A stretch of 64,000 nt of DNA, taken from Pelagomonas calceolata (lineage: Eukaryota). The position numbers and the translations under genes are program-made. The DNA lies in NCBI GenBank assembly GCA_918797485.1, contig CAKKNE010000005.1:1550001-1614000 (forward strand), read 5' to 3'. The stretch's first letter is position 1, and every line of letters begins with the position of its first letter. A model generated the notes under the pieces. The model was not told the origin of the DNA and searched no databases. It saw only the letters and a program-made list of their open reading frames with translations. Shown here piece after piece: positions 30,636 to 42,779 of the stretch.

Positions 30636-31295
30636 GGCAGCGGGGCTCGGTCCGCGCTAGACCTGCGCACACGGGGCGCGCGTCCCCCCCCGTCTTGGAT
30701 TTGATCCGCGTCCCTCGCGAGTGGGCAGCACACGGCGACAAGCTTGCTGACGACACACGGGGTCGCGTTTGCTTGTGTTCACGCGCGCACGCCTCGGCGC
30801 GCTCTCGCTCAAAAAAATAACCGCTTCCGCGAAGACGCCGCATCATACGCAACTATATGGCACAAAAAATAATCGCCTGCTCGCCGAGCTTACTCTAGGA
30901 TAGAGTTTTACAGGCGCATTTTGGCGACGGCACCTATAGAGCCTTACGTCCGTTTGAGACATCATGATTGGTTTTCGGACGGATTTATCTCGGACCATCG
31001 CACCGCAGCTGATTTTTCAGCGTGAGGCTGCCCGCACGGTACCAGAAATGCGCACAGCCCATTATTTTAGCATACGGAACCTGCCAGTGCGCCTCAGCAA
31101 AAATCATTTCCCGCCATTTGGTCGGTGTGGCTGTACGCGCATCATGATTGCGCCAAAACCTGCCAGCGTCGACTATTGCGCTCGACCCCCCTATAAATTT
31201 CGAAGTCTCCAAGGAGTCTTAAGCGTCGCAGGCTAATTCAATGATTCATTCTAATTAGAGCTAAGGAAAGGTAAGGAAGGATCTTACTCCAAAGA

Positions 31296-31313
31296 ATAAT
31301 AAATAACTAAATA

Positions 31314-31352
<39 letters not shown>
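31296..31352 (+). repeat. (AAAT)n microsatellite (second tract at ~31827-31872)
   Basis: Direct reading of AATAAATAAAT runs. Confidence 0.9.
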
Positions 31353-31827
31353 GCTAGGATGTGGGGCACATCAACGTATTTAGCGGCCTAGTCACGGTGT
31401 TCTAAGAGGCACCATGTGCCTGAGAAATTTTCTCAACGCTGGCTTCCAGCACCATAGGGTCTATTATGGCACCAAACACAACCCAGGTTATTCCTGGGCT
31501 GCCCCTTGGGCTGGGACACCTCCGTGAGTGTACCAAATTCTAACGCGAGGCTAGAAGCCAGCTAGCAGTTACCCTGGTTACTGTACTAGCCTTAGGCTCC
31601 CCTCGGATTCTCCGGCCAACCACAAAGCCAAATTGGCTGTGGTTTGCGTCGGCCCTCAGATTTATTTAGCCCGCCCTCCCTCCCTGTTTGATGGGGCCCG
31701 GGGAGATCTCCTACCTGTCCCCGGGGTTGGTTGGCCCGATGGGCGGCAACTGAGCAAAGAGTAAATTCCCAACTATTAGTCTGCTGCTACTCCACTAGCC
31801 ACTAAGGAAACTAGGGTAAGCTGAATA

Positions 31828-31870
<43 letters not shown>

Positions 31871-32543
31871 ATCATGATGATCATTATGATAAATTAAGGA
31901 AGACCTTAAAAAAAGGAACACTGGCAAGCTCCTAAGAGCCTTCTCCCTGCTCGGTCAGGATGCCCAACCGGAGCTTCGAAATAGCAATAAGATAACGGCC
32001 CGGGTACAACGAATTTTCAATCTCCCGGGGTAACTTGTCCCCCATGACCAGCCGACAACGGTACTAATTAACCGGTTTCCGGCCTCGGGGACGGGTAGTA
32101 CTATTTTATTAAGGAAGCACACTCCGAGTCTTTCTCGCCGATTCAGAGTTCTAGGCGTTTCGTGGGGGGGGGGGCTACGAACGCATGCTAGACTGTTACA
32201 CGGGCAGCCGCAGCCGTTCTGCGATATTCCGCTGCGAGGCCCCAAGAGTTTTTTTAGCACAGTCCCTGGGCCAGGCCGATCGTGCCCCGGCGAGTCGGGG
32301 TTGTAGCAGCAATCCTTGGATTTACTAGCTGCACGTAGAGGCTGCACTAAGAATAGATTCAGTCATAAACTTGTAGATTGGTTTCCAACAAGCTGCCGCA
32401 CCTTCAAATTACGATGATAATCATAATGATGCACTAGAAAACTCCACAGTAAGTGTGTGTGTGCGGTATAAGCATGAGTCGATTTCCATGTTACAAAATC
32501 CTTGCTTTGAATTGATTTAAGCTACATATGCATTCGTCTGCAC

Positions 32544-35234
32544 TTAAATTTCCAAGTGTCCAGTACCCGGAATGCAAATGCAGTCCAATAGCTCGCCTCT
32601 TGTAGGATCATATGTGTGAGTGAGCGCACGCCAAGTCATGATGAATTCATAAATTTAACACGAACACTATCTTCGTGTAAGAGCCCACTGGAAAAGTTAC
32701 CTATAAGATATCTGAACGCTCCAAATGAATCGTTGGATTGCCCTGGCTAAGTGCCTGCTGCATGCATGTTCGAAAAAACGCGGCATTCCCACGTTTTGAT
32801 ATCAAAAAATATATATTGGTTATTAGAGAAATTGAGTCCATCTGCAGAAGAACTGCGCTTGAACCTATTATATACGAAGTCTGTGTGACTTTGATTATTA
32901 AATGTATTGCCAGAGTTTCAAATCCTGATGATACTGCCATTCTCGATTGTACCTATGACATCCATATCAAGAAAGTCTGCACATGGTGGTCGGTCTCACA
33001 GCTCTTGTGCAGCATAAGCCTGAAGAACCTATTCGAGACCCATTTTGTTTATTTACTCGTCGTAAGTTACTCACATCCTTGGGCATGGCATAAAATATGT
33101 AAAATAGTGTTTCTAGTTGAAACTTGGACAAATGTGACCTATGTTGCATAATGACTCACGAAAGACGGTGCTGTAAGTAAGGCTAAACACAACTTGTTTT
33201 GGCTCAGGTATTGCGTTTTTAGTGGAGGCGGTTGCATGTAGTAACACAGCGGAAGGGAGAATTGAGGTTCTCGTGTAATAGGTGCTTCCGCCCAGGGTGA
33301 TGCAAAAGTTGAATACAAACACTCAGAGGAGTTTAAGTTAAGTCCAAGTGTGGTTAGGTCGGAGCCGAGAGCGAGTGTATTTAGATCTGCGTTTGTCATG
33401 CGGATGACATCAAGCAAGCCAAGCAAACCATATTTGGTTTGATTCTCCGCATCAGCATTGCCTTTAATGTTTATGAGCGCCAATAATCAGAAGATAGTAT
33501 ACTGGCACCTTTAATTGTTGATGTTAGTCGAACACGAGTTGCTCTCGAAGCTAATCCGACATCAACCACACGAGATGCACGATTAGGCTCTGGCTTATTA
33601 CTATGTCCACGCATATCACAATGCCCTCGATCATTTAAGGAGTCTGGCGATAGTGCTGCTAATCCTGATGCATGACGATCAAAAGCGGCAGTGGATAGAC
33701 TGCAACTTGATGATACCTAGGTAATGCTTTTCACATCAAGCGTGCGAACATGAACTCACCGCACCCCGCGACGCTGATGGTTCATGCGTGTCTACATTTA
33801 CTTGCAAATGAGATGATGTCAACAGTCAAACAAAGGACAAGGATCTCACGGTAATTTCGCGCTTTTTTTGTCAAATCAACATCAATTGCATTTCCCGCCA
33901 TCAGACCAGTGACCAGTGCGCCTTGATTTAAGCTCTCGGGGCAACCTGAATTGGAGTTGATCTTCAGGTGAGTTGTTGTACGCTACACAACGCAGAGAAC
34001 TGCATTCTTCGAGTACTGTACTATGGGGGGCCTGCGCGCTGTCATTCAGTTTTGTGGCAAAACTCTGGCTCTGCTGAATGCGCTAATTGTCTTGATGCGT
34101 CCATCTTCATGATCTTGACGTAGTGCGACCACTTGGCTACCCGGCAATGCTGGGAAGTCTTCTGACTGTATTGCAAAGTTTGAATTGCTATCTTGGCCGT
34201 AGTTGAGTGATGTTGGATGTGTTGACAGTCGCTTCTCTGGAGGATTGTCACTATGAAGAACTTCTGATGTTAGTTGATGTATTTCTGCCGACGTAAGTGC
34301 GTCCATTGGTGTTGGGTCCTTACCAATAGTCATTGTATTGTCATTGCAGGGCAGGCTGCTGACCCCAGGCATATCCTCCTCCAGTCTAATGGAAAAGCAT
34401 GTGTTGCTAGTGTAATGAAGAGCATACACTGAATAGGTACGGTTCGCGTGAGGTACAATGTGGTAGCGAGACATGACTGGGTTTAAGTTGTTACCATACT
34501 TAGAAGTTAACTGACGACACAGGGATGGGACCCGGCGAGTGCTGGGAAATCGGACATATCAAATGGTACTCTGCGAGTCTCTCGGTTTGGCGGAATATGT
34601 GCAATATGCCCCCCAGACACCAAGGGTTGATTTGTGGTGTCAGCTAAAAAACGAGACTATAAGGGTTGAGACTTTAAATTACAACGCTTTTTTACTATTT
34701 GAGCTATCCAGTAAACTCTGACCAGTTTGAGATGGCTCATTTGAACCCGTAGATATCCCTCTACTTAACATCGCAAGCAGATCACTAGATGGAGCGAACC
34801 TGTTATACAATTGAGCTCTGAGATTGAGATCTATTGAGAATAATGACATGGGGCAGTGCGGCGTCATAGAATTTTGCCCAGCGATCGCGTGCGTCGCGTG
34901 CGAGGAGAAATTACCTGTAGTTTTAAATATTTACTGGTTTGAAGCTGAAAATGATGACGGACCAGCAGTCCCTCCAGTAAATGGTGAAGAAGTTACTGCT
35001 CCGGCAGCTGAACCTAAGGCCTAGGTATCGGGGCAGTGACGCGGACGACACGTTATCTTGGAACTAGATGGTGCGGTAAGTACTTGGTCATCACGGTTGT
35101 AGTAGTATCTGGATGCATCGAATTCATCCTGAGAAGGCTGAGTAATTGAGTAATATTCTACGGGGAACCTGGTCGTCCTGCGACTGAATGTTGTCTTTGA
35201 AATAGGCCAATTGACGAGATCGCGCGTTCGACAT
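32544..35234 (-). CDS. CNOT2: CCR4-NOT subunit NOT2 (NOT2/3/5 domain), multi-exon; ends approximate
   Basis: Exonic motifs FAIQSEDFPALPG, YGLLGLLDVIRMTNADLNTLALGSDLTTLGLNLNS, LYSTFASPW, FQLETLFYIFYAMPKD, QAYAAQEL, YIFFD. Confidence 0.85.
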
Positions 35235-35496
35235 GGAATATCGCCTCGCGGCTGATAGGGCCGCGGTGTAGAGAGAGACAGATAGATACCGCGTACAATG
35301 TCATAGTCGTACCGTGACAGACATGCGTAGTAACATACTCTAGAGTCCGAGTCTGGTACGAGCTGGCTGTCACCTGTAGCAAGCGAATGTCGTAGCGCGG
35401 TATAATGTAACAAGGGTCCTAGGCAACCTTGTGAGGGACTGCCCCAGTATCCGGCGTGAGTGTTGGGATAAAGCCTGGCAAACTTGAAGTTGGTCA

Positions 35497-35598
35497 CTAG
35501 GATGGGAAGTAGCCTAGGCGGGTAATACAAGTACGGGTTGTGCTTGGATACGTCTCAGTTGAACCTTGGGATCCTACTAGACGTGTATTTCCATTGCA
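35497..35598. repeat. 102-bp sequence with an apparently identical inverted copy at 46584-46685
   Basis: CTAGGATGGGAAGTAGCC...GTGTATTTCCATTGCA; its reverse complement is at 46584-46685. Confidence 0.85.
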
Positions 35599-35974
35599 AC
35601 TAGCCACGGTAACTACGTACGTACGCCGACCAAATTATTACCTCCGAGTCCGAGTAGTCAGCCTGAGGCTATCGTCCCATACTCAGGCTCAGGCTAGTAC
35701 TATCTATACTAGTATACGATATACTAGTAAGGCCCGGGCTCGCTGGCAACGGCCCGGGAGTTTCCCCCGTGTGTAAGACGCGTAGAGGCCGAGGGTCGCC
35801 GGCACTAGCAGCCGCTGCAATATACACTACGAGGGAGTATCCTAGACTTTTTTCCGGGCCGAAAAATTCTGAAGACTGTTGGCGCTGACGTTTCCGTCAC
35901 TCAGTGACTGGCAGCGAGGCGTCGTCGTGGTTGCTGTGAAGAGCACGGTACCGTTTACCTGAAGGTCCACTATG

Positions 35975-37700
35975 TCAGATCTGAGCGGCCCAAAACTTAT
36001 TGTATGCTGCCCTATAGTTCTATAGCATTTTCGTTGGTTTTTCTTGCATACACTGGTTCAGTAGGACTGGTTTCGACGAAGTATGTCTTCGATGGAACCA
36101 AGAATCCGATTGAAGGTGGTTCGCTCCACGTATAGTAGCCTAATTGCATCATGAATCTTGGCAAGCGGGAGTTGCCCTAGCATGTGGTACGTACTTTAAT
36201 GTGCCATTTTTTTCCGTGGCCTTGACCGTCCCCTGGCGGGGTTTGCTAGCGAGAAGCGCGATTTCGCCAAAATAGTCACCAGTCTAATCAAAATATATGA
36301 TGAAATGGTGGAGAAAGCACACAGAAAACATGCGGTGAGCTGTGCGACCTCTTGCTGGTTTCCGTGAGGGTCCGCTTGGATGCAGGTTGCTGTACCCTGC
36401 TTGATTATGAAAAAGCTTGAACCTGTTGTATCATAAAAATCATCCTGGTCACGTTTCAAAGCTGACCAACGTCGCCTTGACGGCAAATTACATCGCCTTC
36501 TTCATAGGCTTCCTCCTGCATTGCATCCGCTAGTTTCGAGAATTCATGCTCCTTAAGCTCTTTGAAAATTTCAACCTAGCGCGTATATCACGAGTAAGCG
36601 CCGCCAGCATTTGGCTCTTGTGGGATGTAAGTACATTTTGTAGGAGACTCTTTATATGTAGGCGCTTTTCAATAGTTGTCTTCATGACAATCACTTTAAA
36701 TGCCTGTTTGCGGGGAATTGCTGGTAAAAGTTGATCTCGTTCACTGTGGGACATACTTTGCGTGGCAATGCATATAGTCTGGACTCAGTTGTCGCTCGGC
36801 AAGTTGCGGCCCTTGGCGTGTTATACATAATAGATAAATCACCAAAAGTCCCACCCGGATTGTAAGTATGGACCAATGTTTCGTGTTCTGACCCGTCTCT
36901 TCGCTCAAAACATGCCACACTGCCTTTATCAACCACGTAAAAATGGTCGCCATCTTCTCCTTGCGTGAAAGCGATTTCACCACGTTTAAGCACCACCTTT
37001 GACATTGCCTTCGTCACTAGTTCTCTTTGCTCCTGTTCGAGGTGACGAAACAGAAAATGTTCTCTAGGGATGGCAATGAATGTTGCACAAGTACTGCATG
37101 AACATGAAGCCAGACACAGGTATATTGCTGCAAGACCTGGAGGATTCGCAGTTTCGCATCCGGGGCCTTCTCGAATTCTGCTATTTCGTCTTGGTCATCC
37201 AGAGCGACCTCTGAGCAGACTGCTTTGCGTTTTTTGGCCCTTGCCAGCTTGATTGATGTTTCTAGAACTCGACTCTCGGAGTCTTCTTCTTGATCAAGGT
37301 CATCCTCATCGAACGAATCTTCTGGTTTTTTCAAAAGGTCGGCTCTGTTTGACACCTCACTACCGACCAATGTTTTCTCACAGACTTGATCAGGATACCT
37401 GCGTCTAAGATTCTGGCGCGCGGATGAGTTCTAATTGATTACTTTTTCTGTAAAAACTCAACAATAAAACCAATGGGATTATCCGGCTTTTCGATCAACA
37501 GTGACTCCACTTTGACGGCTCCAGTAAAGACTAATTGACAAATTAGGACGTACCAATCTGAATGAATAACTGGTTGATGGACTTGGATTGCAGATAATCA
37601 TTTAGCTCGGCTTGGTGCTGACAGCGACAGCCTTCTGAGAGAATTCGAATACTGCATTTACCTGCGCTGCTGATTCTGCAGTAAAGTTACAATCAGTCAT
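35975..37700 (-). CDS. cAMP-dependent protein kinase regulatory subunit (dimerisation domain plus two cNMP-binding domains), multi-exon
   Basis: LLIEKPDNPIGFIV docking-like segment, KRKAVCSE, QGEDGDHFYVVDKG, FGDLSIMYNTPRAAT, YFGEIALL, TFNRILGSIEDILRRN. Confidence 0.88.
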
Positions 37701-38642
37701 TTTGTATCAATTTAGTTACTCTACATTTATACCTACGGTACATATACCTAACTTGAAAACTTGAATAACTTGAAGCATGCACACTGGCAGGCATTGATTC
37801 ATTCAGTTGCCCTGGTCTCCTCTAAGGCCTAGTACAATGCCCACAGACTAGTTATTGGGAACTCGATTTGTCCTTTGCTCAGTTTAAGTTTTTGCCCATC
37901 ATGATGATAGCAAGCAAATTCAAGTTGAACTTGAACTTGAAACCCCGGGCCAATGCGGGAAATCTTACCCTAGCGCGCCGCGGCCCCCCGGGCCCGGGCC
38001 GGGCCGGGCCCGGCCTCGTAGGTTCCCCTCCCCCCTATCCACATACTAGCCTGAGCCTGCCAGTGAGTCACGGTCACGGTATCCGGGCCTACACTGGCAT
38101 TCAATCAACGTAATTATGACACACTCTCGTATTACATAGAGATGCACGAACTCAAATATAATATAATACACACGAACTCAAATTAACAACATGGATGAGC
38201 TACAAGCTCAATTAGATGCAGACGTTGCTGGCCCGGGACTTGAAGCCGGAGACGGGCCACTTTGGACGGGCACTTTGGAGGGCCGGGGGGCGTCACGGTG
38301 TCTTTCTTTGGCCCGGCCTGGGGGCTCCAAAATCACGCCCAGTGCGAGGAACTAAGTGCCAGTGGCGGCAAAAGGAAGGGTTCTAGCGGCGGGTCCGGGT
38401 TCGCGCTCAGGCGGCTGGCTCGCCGCCCTGCCCTGAGTCACGGTGCCAGTGCCAGTCACCGTAGTCTGTTCCTTCAAGTTCTAGTCCAACTTTTATCCCA
38501 ACGGGGGGCGTCTCTCACGAGGCTGCCTAGGACCCTCGCTACATTATACCACGCTACGACTGCTAAGTTGACCTTATATCCCGGATACAGACGCAGTATC
38601 CTTCTCGAGGTAGTAACTATATGAGATGTATTGACGCATGAG

Positions 38643-41256
38643 ATGAAGCGCGCGCTCGAGATCGTGGTGATTGCGATCACCTTCTACCCGCTGGCACGAG
38701 CGGGCTACTCGCCATGTCCCAATTTATGCAGTGGACATGGCAATTGCCCCCTCACTCGTGTTTGCGAGTGCGTGCAGTCCCATGTTGAGACTTTACGCGA
38801 CTACACAGCATAGGTGTTTCAATGGCTGGACAGGTGCTGATTGCTCGCTGAAAACGTGTCCTCTTGGTTCAGCTTGGGCGGATGCAGCTGACACTATCAT
38901 TGGTATGTCAATGCTCCCTACTGGGACATATGTTGTAATCTATAATCAAGAGTGAACCTTGGCTCCTTCGCGCGCAGGCACAGACGATGCGCACAATAAC
39001 GCCGAATGCTCTAATCGTGGTACATGTGATCGCACTTCTGGGATCTGCCTTTGTGAGGAATCGCGCTTTGAAGGAGCTGCTTGTGAACGCAAGTCCTGTC
39101 CAGACGCCTGTAATGGACGAGGACGATGTCAAAACATGAAGTACTCCAATTTCACGAGGACGATTTCAATATGTTTAATGCACTTTTTTAGGTATTACGC
39201 CTCCCTGAAAGACCCAGGCGAAGGTCCCGTCTATACATACTTGTCTAACTGGGATGCGGAAATGATGTACGGATGTAACTGTGATCACGGTATATTTGGT
39301 CCTGACTGCTCCCTACGCTCTTGCCCGACTGGGGACGACCCCCTCACTGAGAGTGTCGTTGATAATCCGCCCGATTCAGCGCCTAGATGACCATAAATCG
39401 AAGAAACCTGATGGCAGGTCTGAGCTACAAGTGACGGCGCAGCAGCAAATAGAATGCAAAGCAGATTCGGGCTATGTTGTTTTGTCATTCCGAAACAAGC
39501 ATACAGATCGAATTCCGTATCACAATTGACGTCCTTCCTGTAGTTACTAGAGGTCAGTGGTGATGAGTATGCCTATAATAGGTATTATGCGAGTGACAAC
39601 GAGGTGCAGGGCTATCTCGAAGCCCTTTCGACAATTTCAAGTGACTATGGACCGGCATTGTCCGTCCAAATGAATGGTTATATAGTTCACAGTGTCTGAT
39701 TATAAGGATCATGACAATGTGCAGTGATGAAGTACTGATTTTCTTTCGATTAGGCCAAGCATTTTGCTCTGCCTCCTCAACTTTGACAAAAATTGATTTC
39801 CTTCAAGACTTTGGCAATTTGCCTCTGATTGTCGCGGATGGCAATGGCCTGGCGCTTTCTGCTAGTACCAGTCCAAAAGTATCCGTCTCCGAGGTTCGCG
39901 CTGGCACCAAGGAAGATGAACCTTGTAAGATTGCGACGTGTCCACACGTACTTAGCACGCTTCAGAACAAAGATGTAGGCTCAAATAGAGGAATTTGTGA
40001 TGAAGAGATAGGCGTCTGTAGCTGCATGGACTATATGACCACATCGGATGGTTATGGTAACGAAGGCCAAAGGGGTGACTGCGGATATGCCAGCCAGCAG
40101 CTAGTTGACTGTCCAAACGAAAACAGTCCGTGTAATATGAAAGGGACCTGTCAAGGTAAACCAACTTATCGCTGTGACTGCCAGCAAGGTTGGACTGGCG
40201 CTGACTGTTCCTTGCTTACTTGCCCGTATGGTAAGACTTGGTTTGGGCGGCCTACAACCGGAGACGATTATGCACACATGACAGACGACATTGTAGAATG
40301 CTCAAATATGGGCACCTGCAATAGAGTTACTGGCACCTGCTCTTGCATGGAGGGTTTTGAAGGTGCTGCATGTAATGTCATGAGTTGTCCGGGCAAAGAG
40401 CCCAATGGCCCTGCCTGTAATGGCCGCGGGGAATGCCTCACGATGGGTCAACTAGCTGAGCACGCAACAATCAACGGGGACGATGCTCTCTTCACCTATG
40501 GATCTACGCCAAATAATCAACTGACCTGGGATTTTGATATGGTATGTGTGTTGCCCAAGTGGTCGAATTATTATGTGTTAATGTAGGTACAGGGCTGCAT
40601 GTGCCACGATGGATTTTTTGGCTACGATTGTTCACTTTTTTCTTGTACCTCCGGAGATAATCCACATACCAATGGACAATCTAACGAAATTCAAACTCTC
40701 TACTGCAAGGCATCTCTTCCTTCGGCGGCTCTGATTCTACGTTTTCGCCGACAATCGACTGTGGAATTGATGTGCTGACAGACTGCGCGTTTGACTCAAA
40801 CGCCCCGCGGTGTCCTTGAAAAGCTCACGAATCGATTCATTAAGGGGTTTCCAAACCCACAGGTCAACAGCGAATCTTGTTGAAGTCGAGGTCGCTCTTG
40901 AATCATTGAGCACGATTGTAGATGTAAGTCTTGGTGCTGTGAGCTCAGATCAGACGACAATCTGCTCAGAGGGTGGATCCTCTACAACTGTAGAGTTCCT
41001 CTCACCGACTGGTGATGTGCCGCTTCTTCAGGTTAGCCTGCTTGATGTAGACTCGGCCTCTGTTCAAGAGCATGTAAAGGGAACCAAGGAGGACGAGGTC
41101 TGCTCTGGTCGGGGGCTCTGCGACCAAACAACTGGTTCCTGTACTTGCTTCTCTGGCTTTGGTTCCAGCGACGGGCAAGGGCGGAAGGGCACTCTTGATG
41201 ATTGTGGCTTTGTCGTCCCAATATTTCGCTGTGAGGATGGTTCATTGGATTGTTGA
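38643..41256 (+). CDS. Secreted EGF/tenascin-like repeat protein of the stramenopile tubular-mastigoneme (SIG1/OCM1-like) family, multi-exon
   Basis: Signal peptide, then CPNLCSGHG. Duplicated module ECSNRG.CDR..G.C.C...FEGAAC...CP..C.GRG.C..M...WD.....GC.C..G..G.DCS...C..GD.P, with GTKED..CS.RG.CD repeats. Confidence 0.8.
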
Positions 41257-41587
41257 GACTATCATAGAAACGTGCAATCAATCTTCTATTGTCATTGTGA
41301 GTATCTTAGCGGAATTATATGCCTAAATAGCCCCTTTAAACGAAACGGTGACCACCCGGTCCTGGTCAGAGTTCCCTGCATTGGGGCCACTGGGAAGGAA
41401 TCGTGGCATATCACTGTCCTTGCCGGTAGCAGCGTCACGCTGACTCGGAGCCTTATATACTGGCCTCCTCATCTGTCGCGTTAGACCACGCCTCCCGAGC
41501 CGCTGACGCGTACGCGTCCTTTGCGACGGAAATTTGGGTTCAAGTTTACCCTAGTTTCTCGGAGCGGAGGAGTCGTGGTCTGTACTC

Positions 41588-42093
41588 ACGGGGCCTGACG
41601 CCAAATTGGTGAGATTTTCAATTGATAGCCCGAACGGGGCGCCTTCGCCCGCTGGGGCCCCAGGGGCATCCTAAGCCCACGGCGACACTAGCTTGCCCCG
41701 AAGGTGCCCCCCTCGAGATGGGGTGAGGTGCCAAAATAGCCTAACGCGCGGGTATTTGGCTTAACTCGCGGGTTTTCAGGGGGTGAAAGTCAAAACTCGC
41801 TGCTATGCTGGCGGTTTCCCCCTCGAAGTCCCCCTTGGTACCCGCGGCGTCTGTAGGAAGCGCAAACACGGCAACCTTTGGTGTATAGTTGCCCAAAAGG
41901 TCGCCTGACGCGGCACGAAACGCCACTGGCGCGACGTTCGCGTGGGGGCCCTTCCGACCCCTCGCATTTTTAGGGCTCCACACTCGGTCAGAATGTGGAG
42001 CACCCCCTGGGGCCCATTTGCAGTAAGTTTCCCCGTTCGGGCTATTAAAGGGGAGGCGCTACAGCCCCCGATTTAATCGGGGTCCGGCCCCGT
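41588..42093. mobile_element. ~506-bp non-autonomous DNA transposon with 8-10-bp TSD and a nested inverted repeat
   Basis: CTGTACTC flanks both sides (41580-41587 and 42094-42101; extendable to GTCTGTACTC). Imperfect TIR ACGGGGCCTGACGCC / GGGGTCCGGCCCCGT. Inner IR ATAGCCCGAACGGGG (41625) / CCCCGTTCGGGCTAT (42031). Confidence 0.75.
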
Positions 42094-42779
42094 CTGTACT
42101 CGACAGCCTCATCATTCTAAAATTTACTACTCAGGCTTCTCGTAGTTCTTAAAAGTGCGACGGAAAAGTTGAGGCGGCCCAAGATGATAAAGGGCCCGGG
42201 TCCGAGTCAAACCATTGCCAGTGTACACCATTTTCGAGCAATATAGGGTACCCGGGCCATGACCATTTTCACTGGCAGCCGTACTAGTACTGTAGTATTC
42301 GCTACGCTCATAGACCATTAGACTTGTAAGCTTAGAAATGTAATAAAACAAATATGCACGCACACGCCATGACGAGGAAACATGAACACTCCCCCCGACC
42401 TGGTTGCGCTCTCAGTGGCACATGCCAGCTACGATAATCTACTTGTACGTTTAACAAGACTCAAAAAGAAGGGGGGTCAAAATGACAGGCCAGAATATGG
42501 TCACGGCCCGGGTACTTCGACAGTCACGGTGACCTCTTCCCCAGTAACTAGTAGTGTCGACGCATCCTTAGAACACCCCGAGGTGTGTCAGTCCCAGGTC
42601 CCTTCATCCCCAAAAGTGCGCATTTTTGGATACTCTAAGGAATCCTTGGGCTCCGAGTCTGGCTTCTCTTCCCCTATGGGCCCTAGGAGGACGACACTAT
42701 CATACTGAATAAATAAATAAAATGCATGCGCATCGTACATAGTGGGCATCTGGTGGCCCTAGCCTGAGAGTGCTGGGGG

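Noticed and set aside
12..30700. Many long overlapping Arg/Ala/Gly/Pro-rich ORFs (e.g. 12-1538, 2239-3852, 4697-6208, 13849-15252, 20064-21269)
   Set aside because: Shadow frames of very GC-rich genes with few stop codons. They have no recognisable motifs and overlap well-supported genes in another frame or strand.
30728..30765. CACGGCGAC..GCTTGCTGACGACACACGGGG upstream of RPS15, faintly like the hammerhead family
   Set aside because: No GAAA, no stem III and a broken core. Too weak to call.
31296..31872. (AAAT)n tracts as telomeric or CRISPR-like arrays
   Set aside because: Simple microsatellites. No spacer-repeat structure or cas genes occur anywhere in the window.
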